UHGV virus genome: UHGV-1706803
DNA from: a virus
Length of the DNA: 18,780 nt
Reading direction: 5' to 3' (one strand)
The notes beneath the pieces were generated by a model that did no database searches, had not been told where the DNA came from, and saw nothing but the letters and a program-made list of their open reading frames with translations. The translations under genes and the position numbers were made by a program. Numbering within the stretch: position 1 is the stretch's first letter; each line of letters starts with the position of its first letter. This document shows, piece after piece, positions 1 to 9,602 of this stretch.

Positions 1-110
1 TCCAGCCTTATGGCAAAAAAGATTCTTTGTGGTGGCGGACTGATGGAAAGACATCGGTTATTGCAGAGGCCATTCAATGAGTGGTCTCGACAATGGCTTA
101 TACCCTACAC

Positions 111-136
111 GGGATAACTTAACTGATATCCCTTTT
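111..136 (+). terminator. Weak terminator-like hairpin (GGGATA / 10-nt loop / TATCCC followed by TTTT) at the end of an upstream partial reading frame
   Basis: Inverted repeat gggata(111-116)/tatccc(127-132) followed by tttt(133-136), read directly from the sequence. The stem is short and AT-containing. Confidence 0.3.
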
Positions 137-157
137 AACGGATAAACGGAGCCAACA

Positions 158-400
158 ATGGCAGAGATTATTCCCATGACTGAAGAACAGAAATTCCAGT
201 TAGAGATTTACAAGCTGGTCATGAACCAGAACGCAGCCGCAGAGGAAGCGTTTCAATTCATTGGCACTGACGAGCTGAAGCTTGAGCTATTCAAAATTCA
301 CTTCCAGTCAGGTGGCGCTAATTCAGATATCACGATCCGCACATTTGAAGCGGTGCGTAAATCGAAGGAAGCGTTAGACCTGTTCACCGCTGGAGTGTGA
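158..400 (+). CDS. Hypothetical 80-aa protein in the late-region accessory slot
   Basis: Complete ORF with GGAG 8 nt upstream of the ATG; its stop is 1 nt from the next start (translational coupling). No recognisable motif. Confidence 0.65.
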   Translation: MAEIIPMTEEQKFQLEIYKLVMNQNAAAEEAFQFIGTDELKLELFKIHFQSGGANSDITIRTFEAVRKSKEALDLFTAGV

Positions 401-401
401 T

Positions 402-791
402 ATGGCTAAGGCCAAATGGCACAAACTCCCGGCGTTCACCATTCCGCTGTTTCAAAGTGCACATGTCTACTTCGCAACAACCAGAGAACAGTTTCAGCAC
501 GCTGATAAATACCTTGGCGGCAGCGGGGATGAGAAGCCATTCAATCTTGGGTTTGCAAGAAACTATGAAAACACTGATACGGGTGAGCGATGCTATCTGA
601 TTGGAGTATTCGATCAGCAGATCGCTACGCTCGTTCATGAGTGCGCCCACGTCTGCTTTTACGTTTGCTCTGATGTCGGCGTGACGACAAGGCCTGAAGA
701 TGCCAACGAGACGTACTGTTACATGCTGGACAGGATGGTTAATCACTTCCTGCCATTCATTCAGGAGAAACAAGATGTATCACTGGAATAA
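402..791 (+). CDS. Hypothetical 129-aa protein with an HExxH motif (LVHECAHV); candidate minimal zinc metallopeptidase-like protein
   Basis: ORF with GGAG upstream and coupled to the preceding ORF. HECAH is preceded by a hydrophobic strand (CYLIGVF) and followed by acidic residues about 19 aa downstream, a zincin-like arrangement. No homology search was possible. Confidence 0.65.
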   Translation: MAKAKWHKLPAFTIPLFQSAHVYFATTREQFQHADKYLGGSGDEKPFNLGFARNYENTDTGERCYLIGVFDQQIATLVHECAHVCFYVCSDVGVTTRPEDANETYCYMLDRMVNHFLPFIQEKQDVSLE

Positions 792-969
792 TCAATCCCC
801 TTATTGCCAATGCCAACGCTGCCCGTGCTGCGGGAAGATTGTTAACCAATTTACTGGCAACAATTTCTTCAAGACTGGTTATGGATATGGTGTTGCGGGT
901 AGCGTTAATTGCTCTGGGGCTGCTGCTGAAACGACATCAAACACAGGCAAGCAGAAAGGAGCTAAGTAA
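775..969 (+). CDS. Small Cys-rich ORF of 64 aa (CQCQRCPCC cluster), possible metal-binding mini-protein
   Basis: ATG at 775 with aGGAGaaacaag upstream; overlaps the end of the preceding ORF; its TAA stop overlaps the ATG of the next tiny ORF (TAATG). A competing ORF in another frame (839..1030) makes this uncertain. Confidence 0.3.
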   Translation: MYHWNNQSPYCQCQRCPCCGKIVNQFTGNNFFKTGYGYGVAGSVNCSGAAAETTSNTGKQKGAK

Positions 970-1058
970 TGGTAATCAAAGTTTGTTCAGGCTCTCAGGG
1001 CTTCGACAACCCATCCAAATTCCGCGATGAATGGGATAAGCAAGCAGAAGGGAAATAA
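969..1058 (+). CDS. Tiny 29-aa ORF with a strong Shine-Dalgarno (AAAGGAG, 7-nt spacer), immediately upstream of the small terminase
   Basis: ATG at 969 in a TAATG overlap with the upstream ORF; strong RBS; ends 5 nt before the small terminase start. It could be a leader or regulatory peptide, or not a gene. Confidence 0.2.
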   Translation: MVIKVCSGSQGFDNPSKFRDEWDKQAEGK

Positions 1059-1063
1059 TCAAT

Positions 1064-1552
1064 ATGGCAGCACCAAAGGGCAACCGATTTTGGGAGGCCC
1101 GCAGTAGTCATGGGCGAAACCCTAAATTCGAATCGCCTGAGGAGCTGTGGGCTGCTTGTTGTGAATACTTCGAGTGGGTGGAAGCTAACCCGCTATGGGA
1201 GATGAAGGCGTTCTCGTATCAGGGTGAAGTGATACAAGAGCCTATCGCCAAGATGCGAGCGATGACCATTACCGGCCTCACTCTGTTCATTGATGTGACG
1301 CTTGAAACATGGCGCACATATCGCCTGCGAGAAGATTTATCTGAAGTCGTTACGCGAGCAGAGCAGGTCATCTACGACCAGAAATTCTCTGGCGCAGCCG
1401 CTGACCTTCTCAACGCTAACATCATCGCCCGTGATTTGGGCCTCAAAGAGCAGTCGCAAGTTGAAGACGTGACACCTGATAAGGGAGATCGCGATAAGCG
1501 GCGCTCTCGTATCAAGGAGCTATTCAACCGTGGAACTGGACGCGATTCTTGA
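1064..1552 (+). CDS. 3: Terminase small subunit (P22 gp3-like), 162 aa
   Basis: Length and N-terminus ([26 protein letters not shown]...) agree with my recollection of P22 gp3. It overlaps the start of the large terminase by 23 nt, as in P22, and contains the pac-like sequence. Confidence 0.93.
   Translation: MAAPKGNRFWEARSSHGRNPKFESPEELWAACCEYFEWVEANPLWEMKAFSYQGEVIQEPIAKMRAMTITGLTLFIDVTLETWRTYRLREDLSEVVTRAEQVIYDQKFSGAAADLLNANIIARDLGLKEQSQVEDVTPDKGDRDKRRSRIKELFNRGTGRDS
1331..1358 (+). other. pac: pac site (headful packaging initiation) inside the small terminase gene
   Basis: The sequence gaagatttatctgaagtcgttacgcgag matches the P22 pac site as I recall it, at the expected position in gene 3 (gp3 residues around 90-99). 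Confidence 0.55.
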
Positions 1553-3029
1553 TAACCTGAGCGACGAAGAGCAAATCGAATTGCTCGAGCTACTCGAAGA
1601 AGAAGAGAACTACCGGAACACACACCTGCTATATGAATTTACGCCATACAGCAAACAGCGTGAGTTCATCGACGCCGGACATGACTATCCAGAGCGATGT
1701 TTTATGGCTGGTAACCAGCTTGGTAAGTCATTTACTGGTGCTGCTGAAGTCGCGTTTCACCTTACAGGGCGTTACCCGGGCACAAAAGGCTATCCTGCTG
1801 ATGGTAAATATGGCGGTGAGTGGAAAGGTAAGCGTTTCTATGAGCCTGTTGTCTTCTGGATTGGTGGCGAGACAAACGAGACTGTAACCAAAACGACTCA
1901 ACGCATCCTGTGCGGTCGTATCGAAGAGAATGATGAGCCTGGCTACGGTTCCATACCGAAAGAAGACATCATTAGCTGGAAGAAGTCTCCTTTCTTTCCG
2001 AACCTTGTTGATCATCTTCTGGTTAAGCATCACACGGCTGATGGCGTTGAAGATGGCATTTCAATCTGCTACTTCAAGCCATACTCGCAAGGCCGTGCTC
2101 GCTGGCAGGGTGACACAATCCACGGCGTGTGGTTTGACGAAGAGCCACCATACAGCATTTATGGCGAAGGTCTTACCCGTACCAACAAATACGGGCAATT
2201 CTCAATTCTGACGTTTACCCCGCTGATGGGGATGTCTGACGTTGTTACCAAGTTCCTGAAGAATCCCAGCAAGTCGCAGAAAGTGGTCAACATGACTATA
2301 TACGACGCTGAGCACTACACAGACGAGCAGAAAGAGCAAATCATCGCATCCTATCCCGAGCATGAGAGAGAGGCGCGTGCTCGCGGTATTCCTACGATGG
2401 GTAGTGGTCGAATCTTCCAGATACCGGAAGAGACGATTAAGTGTCAGCCGTTCGAGTGTCCTGATCACTTCTACGTAATTGGCGGGATGGATTTCGGATG
2501 GGATCACCCACAGGCGCAGGTTCAGCTTTGGTGGGATAAGGACGCAGACACAATCTACGTTTCACGCGTGTGGAAGGCGAAAGAAAAAACAGCTGTTCAG
2601 GCATGGGGAGCTGTTAAATCATGGGCGCATAAAGTGCCAACCGCATGGCCTCATGACGGAAACCAGCATGAGAAGGGCGGCGGTGAGCAGCTCAAAGGGC
2701 AGTATGCAGACGCTGGTTTTATGATGTTGCAGGAGCATGCGACATGGCCTGATGGCGGTAATGCTGTGGAGCCTGGCATCACTGAATTGCGCGACATGAT
2801 GCTCGATGGACGCTTCAAAGTATTCAACACCTGTGAGCCATTCTTTGAGGAGTTCCGCCTCTATCACCGTGATGAAAACGGGAAGATCGTCAAGCTTAAC
2901 GACGACGTTCTCTCAGCCGTTCGCTATGCATACATGATGCGCCGCTTCGCCAAAATGATGCGCGACATCAAAAAACCAAAAGAGAAAAAGATACCAGCCC
3001 CAATCAGGCCCATCGCACGGAGAACTTAA
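1530..3029 (+). CDS. 2: Terminase large subunit (P22 gp2-like), 499 aa
   Basis: 499-aa ORF directly after gp3. An acidic N-terminus ([14 protein letters not shown]) is followed by an ATPase-type region and a C-terminal nuclease-type region typical of large terminases. Length equals P22 gp2. Confidence 0.93.
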   Translation: MELDAILDNLSDEEQIELLELLEEEENYRNTHLLYEFTPYSKQREFIDAGHDYPERCFMAGNQLGKSFTGAAEVAFHLTGRYPGTKGYPADGKYGGEWKGKRFYEPVVFWIGGETNETVTKTTQRILCGRIEENDEPGYGSIPKEDIISWKKSPFFPNLVDHLLVKHHTADGVEDGISICYFKPYSQGRARWQGDTIHGVWFDEEPPYSIYGEGLTRTNKYGQFSILTFTPLMGMSDVVTKFLKNPSKSQKVVNMTIYDAEHYTDEQKEQIIASYPEHEREARARGIPTMGSGRIFQIPEETIKCQPFECPDHFYVIGGMDFGWDHPQAQVQLWWDKDADTIYVSRVWKAKEKTAVQAWGAVKSWAHKVPTAWPHDGNQHEKGGGEQLKGQYADAGFMMLQEHATWPDGGNAVEPGITELRDMMLDGRFKVFNTCEPFFEEFRLYHRDENGKIVKLNDDVLSAVRYAYMMRRFAKMMRDIKKPKEKKIPAPIRPIARRT

Positions 3030-5195
3030 ATGGCCGACGAAAACAGACTCAATTCCATTCTGTGTAAGTTTGACGCAGACTGGATGGCGAGCGATGAAGC
3101 CAGAACCGAGGCGACAAATGACCTGTATTTTAGCCGAGTGTCGCAATGGGATGACTGGCTATCAAACTACACCACCCTGCAATATCGCGGACAATTCGAT
3201 GTTGTCCGCCCGGTGGTCAGGAAACTGGTCGCAGAGATGCGCCGGAACCCTATCGACGTTCTCTTCCGACCCAAAGACGGTGCTAATCCTGATGCAGCCG
3301 ATGTGTTGATGGGGATGTATCGTACTGATATGCGCCATAACACGGCAAAGATTGCCGTTAACGTTGGCGTTCGTGAGCAGATAGAGTCCGGCGTTGGTGC
3401 ATGGCGTCTGGTCACGCAGTACGAAGACAACGACCCAACAAGCAACAATCAGGTAATCCGACGCCTTCCAATCCATGAAGCCTGCTCACACGTCATATGG
3501 GACGCCAATAGCAAGCAGATGGATAAGAGCGACGCTAAGCACTGCACGGTGATTAACGCTTTGTCACGCAATGGCTGGAAAGAGTTCGCAGAGGATTACG
3601 GTATTGATCCTGACACCTTGCCATCTTTCCAGAATCCGAACGATACATGGCTGTTTCCGTGGGTATCGAATGATGTCGTCTACGTCGCTGAGTATTACGA
3701 GGTCGAAGAGAAGAAAGAGAAAGTCTTCATCTACCGCGACCCGCTGACAGGTGATCCGGTCAGCTATTACCAGCAGGATATCAAAGACGTCATCGACGAC
3801 CTGGCTAATCGTGGATTCATTAAGGTAGCAGAGCGTAAGGTCAAGCGTCGGCGTGTGTATAAGTCGATCATCACCTGCACGCAGATACTGAAAGACCGCG
3901 AGAAGATAGCTGGAGAGCATATCCCAATCGTTCCAGTGTATGGCGAATGGTCATTCGCTGGTGACAAGGAGTGCTACGAAGGAGTGGTAAGGCTGACGAA
4001 AGACGGTCAACGCCTTCGTAACATGATCATGTCATTCAACGCCGATATTGTTGCTCGTTCACCGAAGAAGAAACCGACCTTCTTCCCTGAGCAAATCGAA
4101 GGCTACGAATACATGTACGGTGGAAATGATGACTATCCGTACTATCTGCAGAACAGGACCGATGAAAACGGTAACGACCTGCCGATTGGTCCAATCTCCT
4201 ACATGGAAAACCCTGAAGTGCCGCAAGCCAACGCTTATATGCTTGAGGCTGCCACCAACGCAGTGAAAGAGGTGGCTAGTCTTGGCGTGGATGCGCAGGC
4301 AGCAAACTCTCAGGTCGCTTTCGATACCGTTAATCAACTGAACATGCGGGCAGACCTTGAGACATACGTGTTTCAGGATAACCTGGCTACCGCAATGCGA
4401 CGTGATGGCGAGATTTATGCCTCAATGGTCAACGATATTTATGACGTTCCTCGTCATGTAACGCTGACACTTGAAGATGGTAGCGAGAAAGACGTTCAAC
4501 TCTACGCGCAAGTTGTCGATTATCAGTCCGGCAATGTGGTCACACTCAACGACATTCGCGGTCGCTATGAGTGCTATACGGACGTTGGGCCATCCTTCCA
4601 GAGCATGAAGGAACAGAACCGCGCAGAGATTCAGGAATTGCTCACCAAGGTTCCGCAAGGTACTCCAGAGTTCCAGATGCTGATGCTGCAATACTTCACG
4701 CTCCTTGACGGTAAAGGCGTCGAGATGATGCGAGAGTACGCGAACAAGCAACTGGTGATGATGGGGCTGAAGAAGCCAGAAACACCTGAAGAGATGGAGA
4801 TGGTACAGCAGGCTCAACAGCAGCCGCAGCAGCCATCAGCAGAGCAAATTCAGGCGCAGGGTATCCTTCTGCAAGGTCAGGCTGAATTGCTCAAGGCAGA
4901 GAACCAACAGGCGCAGATTCAGGTTGAAGCCGCCAAGGTTGAAGCCCAAAACCAACTCAACGCCGCGAAGATTGCAGAAATCTTCAACAATATGGACCTC
5001 GACAAGCAGGCAGAACTGCGTGAGTACCTCAAGCTCGTAGGTCAATTCCAGCAACAGCGCAGCAAGGACGCTCGTGCTAACGCTGAGCTGCTTCTTAAAG
5101 ATGCAGACCAGACTCATTCACAACGCATGGATTTCGCGAATCTTATGCGTCAAGTTCAAATCCCCTCCGGCGGAGTAGCCGAGACACCTCAATAA
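3030..5195 (+). CDS. 1: Portal protein (P22 gp1-like), 721 aa
   Basis: Position after the large terminase; size close to P22 portal (about 725 aa); Q/A/E-rich helical C-terminal tail consistent with the P22 portal barrel. Confidence 0.93.
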   Translation: MADENRLNSILCKFDADWMASDEARTEATNDLYFSRVSQWDDWLSNYTTLQYRGQFDVVRPVVRKLVAEMRRNPIDVLFRPKDGANPDAADVLMGMYRTDMRHNTAKIAVNVGVREQIESGVGAWRLVTQYEDNDPTSNNQVIRRLPIHEACSHVIWDANSKQMDKSDAKHCTVINALSRNGWKEFAEDYGIDPDTLPSFQNPNDTWLFPWVSNDVVYVAEYYEVEEKKEKVFIYRDPLTGDPVSYYQQDIKDVIDDLANRGFIKVAERKVKRRRVYKSIITCTQILKDREKIAGEHIPIVPVYGEWSFAGDKECYEGVVRLTKDGQRLRNMIMSFNADIVARSPKKKPTFFPEQIEGYEYMYGGNDDYPYYLQNRTDENGNDLPIGPISYMENPEVPQANAYMLEAATNAVKEVASLGVDAQAANSQVAFDTVNQLNMRADLETYVFQDNLATAMRRDGEIYASMVNDIYDVPRHVTLTLEDGSEKDVQLYAQVVDYQSGNVVTLNDIRGRYECYTDVGPSFQSMKEQNRAEIQELLTKVPQGTPEFQMLMLQYFTLLDGKGVEMMREYANKQLVMMGLKKPETPEEMEMVQQAQQQPQQPSAEQIQAQGILLQGQAELLKAENQQAQIQVEAAKVEAQNQLNAAKIAEIFNNMDLDKQAELREYLKLVGQFQQQRSKDARANAELLLKDADQTHSQRMDFANLMRQVQIPSGGVAETPQ

Positions 5196-5208
5196 GAGAG
5201 AGTTAATC

Positions 5209-6120
5209 ATGGACCAAACCACCGACATTCAGGCTTCTGAAGAATTAACCCTGCCCGGCAATCATGCAGCGGCATCTGCTGATGGCTTAGTTGTCGATAA
5301 TGCCAACGACAACGCAGGTCAGGAAGAAGGCTTCGAGATTGTCCTGAAAGACGATGAGAAACCAAAACAAGACCCGGCAACTAATGCTGAATTTGCCCGT
5401 CGCCGCATCGAACGCAAACGCCAGCGTGAGCTTGAGCAGCAGATGGAAGCGGTTAAGCGTGGAGAGTTGCCGGAGCACCTGCGGGTGAACCCTGAGTTAC
5501 CAAAACAACCAGACCCTAACGATTATCTTTCCGAAGACGCACTGGCTAAGTACGACTATGACCAGAGCCGCGCACTGGCTGCCTTCCAGCAGGCAAACAG
5601 TGAATGGCAGATCAAGGCTATGGACGCACGAAGCCAGGCTGTAGCCGAGCAGGGCCGCAAAACTCAGGAGTTCACCCAGCAATCAGCGCAATACGTCGAG
5701 GCAGCCCGTAAGCACTACGACGCAGCGGAAAAGCTCAATATCCCTGACTATCAGGAGAAAGAGGACGTATTCATGCAACTGGTTCCGCCAGCAGTCGGTG
5801 CCGACATCATGCGCCTCTTCCCGGAGAAATCCGCTGCTCTCATGTATCACCTTGGTGCTAATCCTGAGAAAACACGCCAGTTGCTGGCGATGGACGGGCA
5901 ATCCGCGCTGATTGAACTCACTCGACTGTCAGAACGTTTAACTCTCAAGCCTCGAGCCAAGTCTGTTTCAGAAGCCCCGTTACCTGATGAACCCATTCAG
6001 GGACATGCTGTTGCTGCAAATATCTCTGCGATTGAAAAGCAGATGGAGGCGGCAGCAAACAAAGGGGATGTAGAGACGTACCGCAAGCTCAAGGCGCAAC
6101 TGAATAAAGGAATTCGATAA
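5209..6120 (+). CDS. 8: Scaffolding protein (P22 gp8-like), 303 aa
   Basis: 303 aa, matching P22 gp8; charged, helical, low-complexity composition; located between portal and coat. Confidence 0.9.
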   Translation: MDQTTDIQASEELTLPGNHAAASADGLVVDNANDNAGQEEGFEIVLKDDEKPKQDPATNAEFARRRIERKRQRELEQQMEAVKRGELPEHLRVNPELPKQPDPNDYLSEDALAKYDYDQSRALAAFQQANSEWQIKAMDARSQAVAEQGRKTQEFTQQSAQYVEAARKHYDAAEKLNIPDYQEKEDVFMQLVPPAVGADIMRLFPEKSAALMYHLGANPEKTRQLLAMDGQSALIELTRLSERLTLKPRAKSVSEAPLPDEPIQGHAVAANISAIEKQMEAAANKGDVETYRKLKAQLNKGIR

Positions 6121-7415
6121 TGGCATTAAATGAAGGTCAACTGGTCACGTATGCTCTGGATGAAATCATCGAAACCGTCCAGAACCTGACGCCAATGGCG
6201 TCAAAAGTGACAAAATACACCCCTCCGGCAGAATCCATGCAGCGTTCAAGCAACACCGTGTGGATGCCTGTTGAGCAGGAAGCGCCAACCCAGACTGGCT
6301 GGGATTTAACTGGCAACGCAACCGGGATTCTGGAACTCTCCGTGAAATGCAACATGGGCGATCCGGATAACGATTTCTTCGAGCTTCGTGCAGATGACCT
6401 GCGTGATGAACGTTCTTACCGTCGCCGCATCCAGGCATCCGCCAAAAAACTGGCGAATAACATTGAGTCAGCAATTGCCAAACAGGCAACCGAAATGGGC
6501 TCACTTGTTGTTCACGATACCCGCGCAATTGGTCCATCTACTGGCCTGTCTGGCTGGGATTTTGTGTCTGATGCAGAGCGCCTGATGTTCTCCCGTGAGC
6601 TAAACCGCGATATGGGCATCAGTTACTTCCTGAACCCTGACGATTACCGCAAAGCAGGCCGCAACCTGGTAGATGGTGACATCTTTGGGCGCGTTCCTGA
6701 AGACGCGTATCGCAACGGTACTATTCAGCGTCAGATTGCTGGCTTTGATGAAATTCTTCGCTCACCGAAACTTCCGGCAGTTACCAAGTCAACCGCTACT
6801 GGTGTAACTGTTTCTGGTGCGCAGAAGTTTAAGCCGCAGGCATACACCCTTGATACCGATGGTAACAAAGAGAACGTCGATAACCGTGTTGCAACGGTGA
6901 CCGTATCCTCCACCACCGGATTTAAGCGCGGCGACAAAATCAGCTTCACTGGTGTGAAATTCCTGTCTCAGATGGCGAAGAACGTGCTGACTGATGATGC
7001 GACTTTCTCAATCACCCGTGTGATCGATGGTACTCACATCGAAATCACGCCGAAGCCGATTGCGCTGGATGACGCGTCACTGACAAAAGAAGAGAAGGCT
7101 TACGCTAACGTAAACACCTCTCTTGCTGATACCACTCCGGTAAACGTTCTGAACGTGGCAACAACCACCGCTAACGTGTTCTGGGCTGATGACTCAATCC
7201 GCCTGCTGTCTCAGCCGATTCCGGTAACCCATGAACTGTTTGCTGGCATGAAAACTTCTTCCTTCAGCATTCCAGGTATTGGTGTTAACGGCATCTTCGC
7301 AACGCAGGGGGATATCAACACTCTGTCTGGCAAGTGCCGTATTGCTGTGTGGTATTCAGCATGTGCTGTACGACCAGAGGCAATTGGTGTTGGTCTGCCT
7401 AACCAGACCGCGTGA
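6120..7415 (+). CDS. 5: Major coat protein (P22 gp5-like), 431 aa
   Basis: Position and size (P22 coat is about 430 aa); ATG overlaps the scaffold stop (TAATG); followed by a strong intrinsic terminator. Confidence 0.93.
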   Translation: MALNEGQLVTYALDEIIETVQNLTPMASKVTKYTPPAESMQRSSNTVWMPVEQEAPTQTGWDLTGNATGILELSVKCNMGDPDNDFFELRADDLRDERSYRRRIQASAKKLANNIESAIAKQATEMGSLVVHDTRAIGPSTGLSGWDFVSDAERLMFSRELNRDMGISYFLNPDDYRKAGRNLVDGDIFGRVPEDAYRNGTIQRQIAGFDEILRSPKLPAVTKSTATGVTVSGAQKFKPQAYTLDTDGNKENVDNRVATVTVSSTTGFKRGDKISFTGVKFLSQMAKNVLTDDATFSITRVIDGTHIEITPKPIALDDASLTKEEKAYANVNTSLADTTPVNVLNVATTTANVFWADDSIRLLSQPIPVTHELFAGMKTSSFSIPGIGVNGIFATQGDINTLSGKCRIAVWYSACAVRPEAIGVGLPNQTA

Positions 7416-7422
7416 TAACCAG

Positions 7423-7446
7423 AGGGAGCTTCGGCTCCCTTTTTTA
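7423..7446 (+). terminator. Rho-independent terminator after the coat gene
   Basis: 7-bp GC-rich stem (AGGGAGC/GCTCCCT) with a TTCG tetraloop, followed by a run of six T, beginning 8 nt after the coat stop. Confidence 0.65.
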
Positions 7447-7459
7447 TCTGGAGACAAGC

Positions 7460-7702
7460 ATGACACACATGATCTTTCGTCATGGAGACATGAAGAAGTG
7501 GAAAGGCGTTGGATACGACTTTGAAATCGTGAAAGCCGAAGAGCTTCAGGAATATCTGGATGCTGGCTGGTTTGCACATCCTGATGATCTTCTGAAGGAT
7601 GTTGCCGAGCCAGAGCCAGAGCCAGAGCCAGAAGAAAAACAGCGTAAAAAGCCTGGTCGAAAACCTAAGGCGGCAGCAGATGAACCTGACAACGAAGGGT
7701 GA
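7460..7702 (+). CDS. Hypothetical 80-aa protein between coat and gp4, with a (PE)n repeat and a basic KKPGRKPK tail
   Basis: ATG at 7460 preceded by GGAG; lies directly after the terminator; the 3' end overlaps the gp4 start in another frame. It contains a GAGCCA x4 tandem repeat. Confidence 0.5.
   Translation: MTHMIFRHGDMKKWKGVGYDFEIVKAEELQEYLDAGWFAHPDDLLKDVAEPEPEPEPEEKQRKKPGRKPKAAADEPDNEG
7608..7631 (+). repeat. Hexanucleotide tandem repeat (GAGCCA) x4 encoding PEPEPEPE
   Basis: gagccagagccagagccagagcca read directly from the sequence, inside the 7460..7702 ORF. Confidence 0.8.
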
Positions 7703-8180
7703 TTTAGTCCTTGCAGCATTACGTAAGCTCGGTGTTGCATCAAATGCCACGTTAACCGATGTCGAACCGCAGTCTATGGAAGACGGCGTCAACGACCTTG
7801 AAATGATGATGGCTGAATGGCTTGGCGGTGATGCGTCACCTGGTATCAACGTTGGCTACATTTTCGCTGAAGCAGATGTCGCTCCAGATCCGGGCGATGA
7901 GCACGGTTTATCAAATAACGCTATCAATGCTGTCATTTTCAACCTTGCCTGCCGCATTGCTCCGGATTATGCGCTGGAAGCACCTGCAAAACTTATAACT
8001 ACTGCCAGATACGGGAAAGAGCGACTCGTCAAACCGTCTGCAATGGACAGAGCAAAAGCCGCCAAATGTAAGTCCGGTTATCCAAACCGTATGCCTGTTG
8101 GTAGCGGTAATCAGTTGGCGAAGTGGAACGGTTGGAATTACTTCCACCGGAAGGAACCTTGCGATAACGGGAGCGAATAA
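7680..8180 (+). CDS. 4: Head completion / tail adaptor protein (P22 gp4-like), 166 aa
   Basis: Internal ATG at 7680 gives 166 aa, the P22 gp4 length; N-terminus [33 protein letters not shown] resembles gp4 as I recall it. The upstream ORF extension (7599..7679) is probably not translated. Confidence 0.88.
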   Translation: MNLTTKGDLVLAALRKLGVASNATLTDVEPQSMEDGVNDLEMMMAEWLGGDASPGINVGYIFAEADVAPDPGDEHGLSNNAINAVIFNLACRIAPDYALEAPAKLITTARYGKERLVKPSAMDRAKAAKCKSGYPNRMPVGSGNQLAKWNGWNYFHRKEPCDNGSE

Positions 8181-9599
8181 ATGCCGATTCAGCAACTTCC
8201 GCTTATGAAAGGTGTCGGCAAAGACTTTCGAAACGCCGACTATATCGACTATCTGCCAGTGAATATGTTGGCTACACCCAAAGAAATCCTTAACAGCAGC
8301 GGATATCTTCGTTCATTCCCTGGCATTGCCAAACGTTCTGATGTGAATGGTGTATCGCGCGGTGTCGAGTACAACATGGCGCAGAGTGCTGTTTATCGCG
8401 TGTGTGGTGGGAAGCTCTACAAAGGCGAGAGCGAAGTCGGTGACGTCGCTGGAAGTGGTCGCGTATCAATGGCGCATGGTCGGACATCACAGGCGGTAGG
8501 CGTTAATGGTCAACTGGTCGAGTATCGTTATGATGGCACGGTTAAAACCGTCTCAAACTGGCCTACAGACAGCGGATTAACTCAGTATGAGTTAGGTTCA
8601 GTCCGCGACATTACACGCTTACGTGGGCGTTATGCGTGGTCAAAAGACGGCACGGATTCATGGTTTATCACTGACCTTGAAGACGAATCGCACCCTGACC
8701 GATACAGCGCACAATATCGCGCAGAATCGCAGCCTGACGGCATCATCGGCATCGGAACATGGCGAGACTTCATCGTCTGCTTTGGTTCATCGACGATTGA
8801 ATATTTCTCCCTGACAGGTGCAACCACCGTTGGTGCCGCTTTGTATGTCGCACAGCCATCACTGATGGTGCAGAAAGGTATTGCCGGGACTTACTGCAAA
8901 ACGCCGTTTGCTGATTCTTATGCGTTCATCAGCAATCCGGCAACAGGTGCGCCGTCTGTGTATATCATCGGCTCCGGTCAGGTGTCACCAATCGCCAGCG
9001 CGAGCATTGAGAAAATTCTCCGCTCCTACACTGCTGATGAACTGGCTGATGGCGTGATGGAGTCTCTGCGATTTGATGCGCATGAGCTGCTGATTATCCA
9101 TCTTCCGCGCCATGTCCTCGTATACGACGCATCTTCAAGCGCCAATGGTCCGCAATGGTGTGTGCTGAAAACAGGACTGTATGACGATGTGTACCGCGCT
9201 ATCGACTTCATTTACGAAGGCAATCAGATAACGTGCGGCGATAAGCTGGAGTCCGTGACCGGGAAATTGCAGTTCGATATCAGCAGCCAGTACGACAGGC
9301 AACAGGAACACCTGCTGTTTACTCCGTTGTTCAAAGCTGAGAACGCCAGAGTTTTCGACTTTGAGGTTGAATCTTCAACTGGCGTTGCGCAGTACGCTGA
9401 CCGCCTTTTTCTCTCTGCAACCACTGACGGCATAAATTACGGTCGTGAGCAGATGATTGAACAGAATGAACCGTTCGTTTACGACAAACGCGTTTTGTGG
9501 AAGCGTGTCGGGCGAATCAGGAAAAATGTCGGCTTCAAATTGCGCGTTATCACCAAATCACCAGTAACACTATCCGGGTGTCAAATTCGTCTGGAGTAA
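8181..9599 (+). CDS. 10: Tail hub / head completion protein (P22 gp10-like), 472 aa
   Basis: 472 aa, the P22 gp10 length; located between gp4 and the tail needle. Confidence 0.9.
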   Translation: MPIQQLPLMKGVGKDFRNADYIDYLPVNMLATPKEILNSSGYLRSFPGIAKRSDVNGVSRGVEYNMAQSAVYRVCGGKLYKGESEVGDVAGSGRVSMAHGRTSQAVGVNGQLVEYRYDGTVKTVSNWPTDSGLTQYELGSVRDITRLRGRYAWSKDGTDSWFITDLEDESHPDRYSAQYRAESQPDGIIGIGTWRDFIVCFGSSTIEYFSLTGATTVGAALYVAQPSLMVQKGIAGTYCKTPFADSYAFISNPATGAPSVYIIGSGQVSPIASASIEKILRSYTADELADGVMESLRFDAHELLIIHLPRHVLVYDASSSANGPQWCVLKTGLYDDVYRAIDFIYEGNQITCGDKLESVTGKLQFDISSQYDRQQEHLLFTPLFKAENARVFDFEVESSTGVAQYADRLFLSATTDGINYGREQMIEQNEPFVYDKRVLWKRVGRIRKNVGFKLRVITKSPVTLSGCQIRLE

Positions 9600-9602
9600 C
9601 AT

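Noticed and set aside
1-117. Partial plus-strand reading frame ending at TAA 115-117 (possible 3' end of an upstream lysis-region gene).
   Set aside because: Too short and truncated by the window edge to call; no recognisable motif.
384-773. Minus-strand 129-aa ORF antisense to the HExxH gene, and similar minus-strand ORFs inside structural genes (for example 1372..1623, 1728..2033, 3564..3920, 4422..4817, 7211..7849, 10238..10561, 13018..13278, 15261..15596).
   Set aside because: All lie entirely within well-supported plus-strand genes, lack ribosome-binding sites and look like antisense shadow ORFs.
839-1030. 63-aa ORF (TTG start) with a hydrophobic segment, overlapping the Cys-rich ORF in another frame.
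   Set aside because: Non-ATG start, no Shine-Dalgarno before the internal ATG at 881, and it conflicts with the ORF pair that has good RBSs. Not fully excluded.
7599-7679. N-terminal extension of the gp4 ORF ([13 protein letters not shown]...).
   Set aside because: The internal ATG at 7680 gives exactly the 166-aa gp4 length with a gp4-like N-terminus. The extension is the out-of-frame reading of the PE-repeat region.
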